Assembly: GCA_977862235.1 (NCBI GenBank)
Contig: OZ374557.1
Location: 1,116,001 to 1,180,000, forward strand
Length of the DNA: 64,000 nucleotides
Direction: 5' to 3'
Source of the DNA: Dudresnaya verticillata
Lineage: Eukaryota
Shown here: positions 25,201 through 36,100 of the stretch, piece after piece
Layout of the letters: each line of letters opens with the position of its first letter
Position numbering within the stretch: the first letter of the stretch is position 1
Notes under the pieces: generated by a model
Told to the model about the DNA's origin: nothing
The model's database searches: none
What the model saw: the letters and a program-made list of their open reading frames with translations, nothing else
Translations under genes and position numbers: made by a program

Positions 25201-27656
25201 CGGCGTGTTCCTTTCTTGGAACTCCAGCTTTGAAGCAATACAGATACAACGTCGAGCAAAGTACTCTTGTGAGTTCTCTTTATCTCCCTCATGAAATCGT
25301 TTGCCAATTGATTGTAAACTCTTGCAGTGAGATTTGGGCGATTGAAGGCGCGGGGCTTGCTTCCATGAGGCTGGAAAGTACTGCGGTGTTGAATGTCAAG
25401 GCCTAGCCGGCCCATATCTTCCCTCCATGGGTTCATCGTAACAGTCACGAGAAGAGAAGGGATATGCCTTTGTGCAACGCTTACCTGTACGTCTAGCAAC
25501 TTCCCCCGCCAGTACGAAGGAGAGTTGATGTGGTTATCAGGAAGGAAGAGCCGGCTAGCACGGTATGTCTCATCATCATCCATCATAACTTCTTGCAGTT
25601 CTCTCTCCTCGACCATTCTTGCCGTTTGATCACGTTAAAGGAATCTAAGACGCTGATCCTCTATGTTCGTAACGGTTCGAAGTATCCAGACTTGGAAAAG
25701 TGTCCTGCTGTCCTGAAGGATATTGTCTGAGTATAGTCGCCGCTTGACATGGGTTGCCCACGTCAGCTTACGCACCTTCTTCTGGTTTGCCTCTGCTTCA
25801 GAGTCAGTATCAGAGTTATCCCCTCGTGCTTGTAAGAACAGTGCTAGATCGAACGGGAAATGCTCATCACCACACGGGTATAGAAGCGGAAACGCCCCCA
25901 CCTCTACTAACTTAGATGCTGCATTCAACGTACGGTACTTCACAACACGTCTTTCACTGTCCGGTGCGCGACCTGTGGTAGTGTCTCAATGCACATCTGT
26001 GCTTCTGACTATCTGCACCATTGGCTGCTGGCTCCGATACAGCCCAGAAGGATTTACAGTGTAGCTGTATAGATGCCTTGGTACTCCGGTTTGATCTTGT
26101 GGAAGCGGTCCCACTCCTCCTACGCCTTCTACGTCCCCAACCTGTCTCCCATAGTAGTTTTGTACTACTACACTGTCATTTGCAACTTGCTCATTCACTT
26201 CTACTGCATGACCAGTGATTGCAGGGTCATTTGAAGAGCTGCCAGCAGCAGCACGCGAAGACTGAGAAACCAAGGATCGGTAAGTCTCCCTTAGTAGTCG
26301 AGGTGGAGGTTTCAGACGATCGTACAGAATCGGAACGAGTCGGCGAACATTTGCGTTACTAATAGCATCCCGTGTCAGTCTTGATCGCTGATCGCGTTCC
26401 CTCAAACTTGGTACTTCGTCCGATAAGAGAAAGGTGTATCTTGCATCACGCTTTGGTACGGCTATAGCTGCGTTACCGTACAAATTCATGAAAGAAGGCC
26501 CACCGGCAGGCATGAACTTTGAGGTCCATGAAGGATATACAGTTACCGAAGAGAGCGTTAAGCTGTACGGACATAGTTCGGAAAGCTCGGAGCTTGTATA
26601 CATCTTCCAGCTGATTGGACTTCTGTCTCCTTCGGAACGTAACGCCCCATCCACAAGGACTCCTCTTTCTGCAACAAACACCATCAAATTCCTTTCCAAG
26701 GACCAAACTTCCGCAGTACTTGCAGGTGCTTATAAAGAGCGTCCATCCTTCTAGAGAACAGCGTCGGGTAGTATGGCTTCGGTCTCCACAGTTGGAACAT
26801 CTTCTCCTCGTGTCTCGAGAAGTATTGAACTCCTCAGGAATGCTTCCGGATGCCTTCGCATCCTCTAAACGTTGATAAAAGGCATAGTAGACATAATAAA
26901 TTCCGTTTCCAATCCTTCCTACTTCAGACATACGAGTAGCATCTACTGTTCCCGAAACGGGCTCTTCAATGTTGTTCTCATACACGTCGCTCACCGGACC
27001 ATTTGTAACGTGATAGGCTTCCTCTAAGAGCGTTCCTTGATCCGGTTCAGGCACCTGAGTCCTTCGTGACCTCCCACTGCCCACACGAGATTATCCATCG
27101 TTTACCCGAGAACCTCCGGAATTCGCACGTGCACCACCGGCATTGCTGCGAGCCCCTCCAGAGTTCGCTCGACTTCCTCCAGCATTACTTCGCGTTTTCC
27201 CTTGCTCCATCCGCATTGTGGCGCAAGCCTCCCACGTTTTCTCTTACCCCACCCGCATTTGGACGCGCACCACCCGCATTTGGAAGCGCACCACCCGCAT
27301 TGGGTTGCGCACCGCCCGCATTCGAACGCGCACCGCCGGCATTTTCACACGCACCACCTGAATTTGGACTAGCCCCCCCGAATTCGCACGCCCTCCTCCG
27401 GCATTATCGTGTTGACCACCAGAATTGCGCCTTGAGCCACCAGTATTCGACCTCACACCGCCTGAATTGCGCCTGGAACCACCTGAATTTCCCCGTGCCC
27501 GCCAGCATTTTCCCGCAGCCTACCCGAGTTAGGTCGCGGACCTCCGCATGCCATTTCCGTTCCCACTTGACGTTGACCTTCGGCCGTCTCACTTCCCTCT
27601 CGCCCGCACGTGCACGCAGACAAATTAAGCGGGTAAGACGTAAGACGAGGTTTCAC
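22214..27656 (-). mobile_element. Helitron RepHel gene (HUH replicase + Pif1-type SF1B helicase), decayed
   Basis: Rep: PSLLVTVTMNP, EFQERNTPHNHMLVFL, YPMKYTFK. Helicase: GHAGTGKT, IVDEASM, AGNYLQLLPV, PPHDLQLKLGVPVM, QFPIRLAF..TVHKAQGQSL, FSPGQLYVALSR. N-terminal CKYC...CC and CSNCGDRSHTTRRC zinc motifs. Multiple stops and frameshifts; start not defined. Confidence 0.95.
27100..27530 (-). repeat. 21-bp minisatellite encoding N(A/S)GGxRx heptapeptide repeats at the RepHel N-terminus
   Basis: Units like gcaccacccgcatttggacgc; minus-strand translation NTGGSRR NSGGQHD NAGGGRA NSGG. Confidence 0.85.
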
Positions 27657-28413
27657 AGGTACAAGGCTTTGTTGTTCGCATCGGTAGCAGCCAGCAACTC
27701 GTGAGCTGCAAGCAAGCTTGCAACTTCAGGAGTTCTGCTAGGGGAGCGGGGACGAATAGCTTGGTTAGGTGGGCCACACCGCTCACCAAGCCTAAACCCC
27801 TGCGAGACACGGACGCGACTATCGAAAAACGCCGACCCCGTTGTGAGTCCACCCTAGATGCGGGCTGGCCAGCAGGTGGACGCTCGCGGTAGCTCTGGCT
27901 GCACAAGGCCTCCAAATCACCGAATTGCTCAACTCCCACTGCCTGTTCACTCGCGTACTGTTGTAACAGGCTGCCTCACGACGGGGACTTCACGTTTCAC
28001 TCGACGTTAGTCCTGAGAGCGGTCCCGCGCCGTCCTCAGCAGCCTGACGCCGCACGCTTCGCTTCGCGGTGGGGGGGACGAGGTACTGATCAACGCAGGG
28101 TGGCATTGTATATATGCGCGCGCATGCAGCACAGAATCAGCAGGATGCAACAGCACCACTCCGTGCACCTGTGCCTGCGAAGCGCCCACTAGGCCACTGC
28201 GTCGGAGATCGTGCGCCACAAAAATTACGTACTGTATGCCATTACGTACTGTATGCCACACATAACGTATAATATCACACGCGCCTGGATGTCACCACTG
28301 CCAAATCCCCAAGCGCACAGCCAGTGGGTGTCATCACTGCCAAATCGCCAAGTACCCAGCCAATAAAAGCGCCCGTGCGCCGCTCTGCAAGCATCTTTCA
28401 GCACGCATGCGCG

Positions 28414-29359
28414 CAGCCAATCACAGTTGAGCTTTGCTGCTGCTGCTGCTGCTGAAGTTTTCTATTGGACGGAAAAGGGTGATCTAGTAGTATTTCTAGG
28501 CGTGCGTAGAAATAGGTTCGGCGGCAAGGGATGGTAATGGTGGGCGGATGTTTATTTCTAGTAATTTTTTACGTGTACGAAGCCCTCGAGGGGCCTCGTA
28601 CACTGACTAATCATTACTATGGGGAGAACAAGGGTAACGACGCGGCGCCGCGCGCCGCTATGCGCCGCGCCGAAGGCGCGGCTGACTCCTGCATCCTCTG
28701 TGGCAGGACGGGATACTGCGGGATACCGGGGTAAGTTTCGGTCACTTGATAGGGACAGGTGTCTGAGAATTTGTCGGCAATGATATTTGTTTCCAAGCCG
28801 TGAGCCAGGTGCGGTTTTAATCACATAAATTAAGACTGCGGGCGCACGGTATCGCTGTAGCGCGGCGGCGCCTCTGTAAATTTCCTGTTAGAAAATCCGC
28901 GCGCACTAGGCCCCAGGACAGGTGCGGTTTTAATCACATAAATTAAGAATAGAGGCGCACGGCGGGACTGTAAGATCGTATCGCTGTAGCGCGGCGGCGC
29001 CTCTGTAAATTTTCTGTCAGAAAATCCGAGCGCACCAATGAGAGGGCGTGTGCGGGCGTTGATTTGGTACGGCGCGATAATACAGCCAATCGGGTGGCGC
29101 GGCTTGGCGGTCAGCCAATGGGGTTGCAGCCTTGCTGCTGCTGCTGCTGCTGCTGCTGATGCTGCTGATGCTGGTGCTGCTGCTGAATTTTTCTATTGGG
29201 CGTAAAAGGGTGAACTAGAAATATTTTTAGGCGTGCGTAGAAATAGGTTTGGCGGCAAGGGATGGTAATGGCGGGCGGATGTTAATTTCTACAAATGTTT
29301 TACGTGTACAAAGCCCTCGAGGGGCCTCGTACACGGACTAATCATTACTATGGGGAGAA
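28414..29359 (+). mobile_element. Duplicated Helitron-like terminus; probable 731-bp non-autonomous unit 28611-29341
   Basis: 28414-28628 is nearly identical to 29112-29359. Each copy has hairpin GTGTAC(G/A)AAGCCCT-CGA-GGGGCCTCGTACAC, 3 nt, CTAA, then TCATTACTATGGGGAGAA. Internal ~110-bp duplication 28806-29035 and (CTG)n tracts. Confidence 0.65.
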
Positions 29360-30239
29360 TTCAATTTGTGCATTGCTCGTATCTGTGATGGAGAGCTCCC
29401 GGAGGTAAAGGTGTAGTATATATTACCTTATCTATTTTCACTCACACGCTCGCTTGCAGACTCTCGACGTGTCATGATAGGTATGCATCGGTTTCGGGAC
29501 CGTTGCGGTTCGTTGCGGTTCCAGGAAATGTTCTGACCTTTAAGCTCCTCATCTGCACCAGGATACTAGTATCGAGCTGTTCAGTTCAGACCAGGTCGAC
29601 CTGCTGAAACATGGTTGCACGCGTACAGTGGGACGCCTGGCCCATGCATAGTGAACAGCGCATTGTCAAGGCCCGCGGGCCTGGATGAATCCAGATCAAG
29701 ATCCAGATTGCTGTGATTGTGTCACGATACAACATCATGATCTCATAATTTGATCTTTTGTCAAGAAATGTGGCCTATGTTTGGCGAGCAAAGTTTCCGC
29801 GCACGCGTAATTACGTTTGTGCGGGAATATCATGTCGAAGCGCTGCGGAGAAGTTCATCCACTCCCCACCATAATCCGTGCCTAAGCATCAGGTGGTTCA
29901 CACTATTTCTCCACCCGTGCATTGCGGACATACAGAGCGCTTGACCACTCTCTGCGCTGCATCGCTTGGCTCACCCTTCAACCAGCACTCAGGTTCGCCG
30001 TTTGTTCATTCAAGAGAAATTGAAAGCTCTCACGCTATCGTGTATACGTCAGAAGATCGAATAGCTATTCGTAATAGCCTTTCCGCGTCATAAGGGATAA
30101 TCCAGAGGACCTCAACAGTGACTCTATATGGCATCCCTTAGATCTTATCGCTCCTGAAACTGTTCCAGGGCTTGGTGGAGAAATCGCTGAAGTCGTTGAG
30201 AAGCTGAATGTAGCTCACAGAAGATGTAAGTCTGGGAGG

Positions 30240-31100
30240 CTAGACCTCCTCATGGAGATAGAAGGTGTCGCCAAGGTGACGCCTTGCCCACACATTTCTG
30301 CACGTTTCCTCTGGAATGAATGTATATGCAACACCGCTTAGAGGCTGCCCGGGATGCTTCTGGACGCAGTCCAGTGATACCCCAAGCTTTACGGCCTCGT
30401 CAACAACGCGTAGGTTGACACGGTATTGAGTTTGGCGTGGTACAGCGTTCGCCCTTCTCATACTGATAATTGTCTTTGCATAGATTCTGTCCATCGCCTT
30501 TTGCAGGTCAATGGATAGTGCCAGTCTACTGTTCTGCAGAATCCATACGAGCAGCTCTTGGACAAAAAAGTGGCACCAAGACTCCACACATTGGCCTAGT
30601 TCTCTCATAGAAATACGCATTTCAGGTCCAGTCACAGTGGACTGCAACTGGGCAGCGAGGTCCTTAGTTTGGATTTTCAATACTGCTGTGGCAAGTTGCC
30701 ACCCTCTACACATGGCGAGAGTATCGAACAATTCTCCAGATTGGCTCGGCATCGCTCGCAACAGCCAGGATCCGGAAGTGACACGGTTCACAATACCAAT
30801 AAGCTTCTGATGAACCTCCTCGGACGGTTGTTTGTAGCCTGATAGCATCGCCACAAGCCAGCCACTAGCGTCCCAGAAATAGATGCAAATTGCAGAAACG
30901 TTTTCGCGCATTTCAGTCGAGCATCGTTATCAAACATTCGGGCAACGTCTTGCACAGACTGAAAGTCTTCGTGAAGCACAAATCTGTCCGAGGCTGTTTC
31001 GGCAAGAGAAGGTCCGGCAGGAAGGTCGAAACCATCTATAAAGTCCAAGGGGAAGTATCCTGGAGACCCCTCTGGGATGTCAACAGACTTTTCCCATTCT
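30240..31100 (-). pseudogene. Orphan frameshifted ORF, function unknown
   Basis: Overlapping 86-aa and 223-aa ORFs with protein-like composition; no motif recognised. Confidence 0.4.
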
Positions 31101-32636
31101 TCCTGGTCGAGAACTCGGAGCTGAAAGTTCCTCGTTAGGAAGTCCCGAACGCGCGGACTCCAGTGTGAGACTATTTCTTAACCCCGGCAAGCGCGAGCCA
31201 GCTCTGGCGCGGGGTCAGGTGTCTGCAGATGAGACATGGTTTGGTTTTCAGCGCCCGCACGCGAAAGGGAAAAAGTACGCTGGGAAGAGTTGGTACACAG
31301 CGCACGCACGCCCGTCAAGTCTATACGCAAGGTCCCGATTTTCCGGCGCGGAACTAGGCACAGGCACCCCGAGGTTGGTTGTTGGTCAGGCCGGTACCGC
31401 GGTTGCGCCAATAAGAGCGCCCTCTTGTTGGCAACGGACGGCATAAGTCGGGATGATGTTTGTGGTGGGCGGGTGACTTGCGGAAGCCGGTGCGGGCCGA
31501 TTGGGGTGGCAGATCGAGCTTATCATCAGGCCCTCCCCACGGGCGTGGCCCTCGAGTGTCGATCGCCGCGGCGCGCGCGGTCGGTATACCGAAAATCGAT
31601 GCACGTGCACGTTGCGTGCGAACCCTGATTTGACCCGGATCAAAACTGAGCGCCAATAATCTGCACACAGGCGTGTTAACGCAATTGCAGCGACAAGCCC
31701 AATCCAGATTTGATCCGGATCAGACTGCGGCGCCAATGATGCGCGCGAACAGCGCCGGGCCGTGGGGTGGTCGTACAGTGCAGTGCAGATACTGTTAACA
31801 GTTTACAGTTGTAAATACCCACGTGGCAGCTGGTTAGCTGCGATCCCTGCAGCCACTATACGTTTATCATAACCTCGGTGCGCCTTGCGCATTCGCAATA
31901 GGGCCAAAAGGCAGCAAGACGTCCCCGGATCAGTCCAATTGGACATAAACGCGGGAACATTTGAGATGACATTTTGACGTTTTTCGATTTTCGGCACGTG
32001 ACAGCCTGGCTCTGCTTTTCTGCGGCAGAATTGCACCATCGTCGCGAGCAAGACCTCTCTAGATGGGTCAAAATGGCCGCTTTCCCTGCAAGTGGGTGTT
32101 CCCCATGAGCTGACCCCAAACAGACACCGAGAACGAGACGCAGAATGCTCAACTTGGTCTTCTATGTAGTTTCGTTTTGAAGATGTTCAAGTAGGCTCAT
32201 CCACCTAACTACTAGTAACTATAGAATACTGTTTGTAGTAGTAATATGTAGTAGTACATTACCTCGATGACAGAGCTAGAACCTACTCTGATTTAATTAC
32301 TGCCACTACGTTCCCTGGGCTCCATGCGACTGCCCTTTAAAAACGAAGGCCTGGAAGTAGTAGAACAGCATCCACCCCCCTTAAAAAGGCCCTTTTTAAA
32401 CCCTTTCGAAATTATATCGGCCATATCTTCCAAACTTGCAGCCCAAACCCAACCATTTCCACACCCTTTACTATTCATAGCACATACAATATTATGCCAA
32501 GAAACATCTGTATTTGATAGCTTATTGTTGGCTTCTTAGAGCTTTCCCAGTTCTTCCTGGTATAGAAGCCGTCTGTACTGAAAGAAGTGTAAGCCATTCA
32601 GCAATTTCCATTGGACAAAATTATTTTTTTGCTGCG

Positions 32637-32810
32637 TTAATTGTGGGTAATGACGCCGCAGCACAGCGGCTGTGATTTTTCCTATTGGCGAGATCGCCAC
32701 CATGACGCGTTGATGGCGTCCAAGGCATATTAATTGTGGGTAATGGCGGCGCTGATAATTTTTCTATTGGCCAGATCGCCATCACGGCGTCATGATGGTG
32801 CCCAGGGAAT
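32637..32810 (+). promoter_or_regulatory. Tandemly duplicated ~93-bp CCAAT-box module upstream of the KDZ ORF
   Basis: ttaattgtgggtaatg...ctattggc.agatcgcca occurs twice; TATA-like cctatat at ~33054 precedes ATG 33153. Confidence 0.5.
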
Positions 32811-33152
32811 TACCGCGCGGTGCAGCGCTGCCTGCTTCCCGAGAGCGCGTCGGAGCACGCCAATTCAAATGGGGCCAAATGCGAATGCGAGCGCACCAAA
32901 TCCGAAAGCACCCCTTCACCCAGCCCCCGACGCCTTTCCCGTCATCGCTACGCACCCTACCGCTGCCCTCGATTCTCTTCCCTACCACCCTACGCCCGCT
33001 TCCCTCCCTCGGCCCCTGGTTGCTCCACGTTTCATCAAAACCCCCTCCCCTTTCCTATATCTCTCTCCTTTCCCTTCTCGTGCGGGCGCTGTTCACACAC
33101 ACTTTTTTCTGGTCAAAGCCTTTTCGCGTGCGGGCGCTGAATAACTACTGCA

Positions 33153-36100
33153 ATGGATGCGGTTGTCGGGATTGTAGACCCGCAAAGGAAAGTGACGTCG
33201 ATCTTACAAGGAAGAATCGATGAAGATGGAGTCTACAAAACTCAAACATTACAGGTTCAACATGACGTAGTGCGAGATTCTGCTACAAGCACTATGGAAG
33301 TATGTAATGAATCTTCTGTGAGATTCACTCACAGCCCTGGAGAGATGTCGTTAGCAGCTGCAGATCAAAATGTTGCGCTTCCGAATGGCCGTAACACGGC
33401 CGTTCGTGCAGCCATGAGGGATAAAACACACGTAGGGACAGGTGCTCATGCGCCAGCCCGGACCCGTAGCAATTACACTACGGCTGCGGCACCACCACCG
33501 CAGGTGCTGTCTAGGCAGCAAAGGGCACAGCCCGCACACAGAGGTGGAGCTTCTATTTTCAACGATTACCCAAGCTTTGCTAGAACACTGGATGAACCTG
33601 CTCTTCTCAAGAGGGCTGTAGATTTCTGTGTGGGTAATTTGTCCGCGTTGAACTGCAATCCGTCCCCGCATGCGCTGCGTATTTCGCGTGGAACATGTGA
33701 CGGTCGAAAGGTTGCTATTGCATCGGCAACCTATCAGTGCGAAGAAGATAGGAAAAGCTATCTGGGTTTTCTATGACAATCTGCGACTGGAAAAGTCCCA
33801 GGATTGTTTTTGTTACGCTTTCGCATGATGGCTCTGGTTTAAATGCCATCTGCTCATGTAATCCAATTGCCCACAACGTTTGCGAGCACTCCAAGGCTTT
33901 CCTTGAGAATCAGAACCTTCAAGCGTTTGCTACTGACGTACTATCAGAAACCAGTACGGCTGGAATTGGGCTCTACCAGGAGTACTTCGGTGTCGACGTC
34001 GACATGGAAGGGGGATTTCCAGTTACAGAACTGAGTACAGTGTATAACAATTTCGCAGAGGAACGCAGAAAATGGGCTGTAAGGCTATGTTTGATAACAC
34101 CACAAGCTTGTTCATCCCTGTGATGAAGAAGCCAGACCAACGTCATCAATGCCAAGCTTGCAGACGGTCATCCTACAAAAGAAGCTCCTGTCTTCACGAA
34201 ATCTGTTCCTCTAGTGCCGGCTACCGTGGTCAAAATTCCGTAAATGCGAACACGGATAACCACGCTAGCACTCTGGGCGAGGGAGACGACCTGAAAACAT
34301 ACTGCCCCACCGACATTTCACGATCTATGTATCCTTGCTTCCCAGAGTCTCTTGCAATGAGAATTTTGGCAAGGAGAATTGACATTCTAGAGCAGGAGGA
34401 AACTATCCTTCTCTACGACCCGCCAAATATTTTCTGTTCACAATGCAGAACTTCTCCCTTCCATGGTAACCATATTAAGCGCCGAGCTACGCTGTTTACG
34501 TTATGCCAGGGCACTGTCGAAGTTGTCGTACGAGACGCTCGCTGTATCTGTGGAAAACGTTTTCCATACACTGGAAGATGGGATGCGGTCTTTCCCGTCC
34601 GCAAGGAGTCATTATACACAACTGAGCTGATGTATCAACTCGTAGAAGCAGTCTTCACCTGGGCTATTCCGGTTCGAAGTGCGTATGCTATCATAACGCG
34701 TGTCGGACGCTCTGATAGTAACCGATTGTGAATGAGTAAACGGTCATACATGAACGAGAAGAAGCGCAGCAGAAGGCGAGTAAATGAAGCTTTTGGATAT
34801 TTTCTGATGACCATCAGCCTTAGTTGGGAGGATATCGGTGAACTATTCTCCTGCTCCAAATGTGAGGCACCCCTGAGCACAGAAGACAAACGCGTCCTTG
34901 GTTTGAACGAAAATGAGGACTATAGCGATATGAAAAGGTACAAAAGGGTTGTGAGAGACGGCACCTCGGCAGGAATTATGCAGTCCCAACGTTTGAGCGT
35001 CAGACAGTATCACTGAATGGAGTCAATCTCAGCAACAAGGTAATGATAAAACCCAAGGCCAACAGGGTCGCCTTAAAAAACTTTTTCTACGAAGCACAGA
35101 GAGCGATACTGAAGGCTGCTAAAAGGAACCACCAGTCAAGCGTGTCCTTCCCGCTATCGAAAATACTTTCGCAGAATCAAATCGACATTCTGCGTCTATA
35201 TAATTGACAGGACTATTTGCTTCTGCAATACAAGCCCTTCACACAGTCGAACCTGTAATAGAAAGAGGAAGCGATACGGGGTGGAGAAGGACTGCCAGCA
35301 GCTGAGCACTTTGTTGCAGCGAAACTTCAGAATTGTTTCCGAAGGGATATCAAGCGATCGTGTGGAAATTAGACTCAATGAGGTCGAGCAGGACAGTGAG
35401 GAAGATGAGTGCGGTCCGAATATTGGCAACACTGAAATCACGGACCCTGAAACTGATGATGAGAGAAACCGGCCGCAGTGGATTGCCCGTATCGTTTCAG
35501 GTAATTTGCACTGTACGGGACAATTCCTCGACGCAATGATTGACCTTGTGGAATTCCTGGTGACCGAGAATGTGCTTTTTTGCTACGTTGTCCCAGCTCC
35601 AGGGGCACCTCCAACATTCTGTGGAGGGGAAGAAGCTGATATTGACCTCGTCAGTTCTGGTTCATCAGAGCCCAACAAGGAAGAATTTTCAAGTAATGGG
35701 AAACCGAACACCTCTTTGAAAGGATTAACATCTCCATCCTTTGCACTGCACAACGCGATTGTTTCCTCTTTGACTAGAATCGCCACGTGCGAGCACGCGG
35801 GGCCTGGGCTGGTCTGTGATAACTGCATCTCTGCACTAGCCTCGTCATTCAGAAAAGTAGAGGAAGTCAATCCTATCATGTATCGATTTGGTACCCAGCT
35901 CATGCTTATTCTGGAAAGGGCAAGATCTGAAACGAAAACAATTGCGGGTCACGTTGCAAGCCTGCTTCAAGAACACATTCGCACTGAGAGAAGTGCCTGC
36001 AGCGACTACGACAGAAATGTTCCTGCACCTACAAAGAGCTTTGGAGAAATGTACCGTTCTGTGTTGCAGGAACCGATGGATGGTATCAACATAGCCCGAC

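Noticed and set aside
27066..27704. Plus-strand APPAFG-repeat protein
   Set aside because: Antisense shadow of the minisatellite; the minus strand is colinear with RepHel.
31803..32152. Short minus-strand ORFs
   Set aside because: No recognisable motif; insufficient support.
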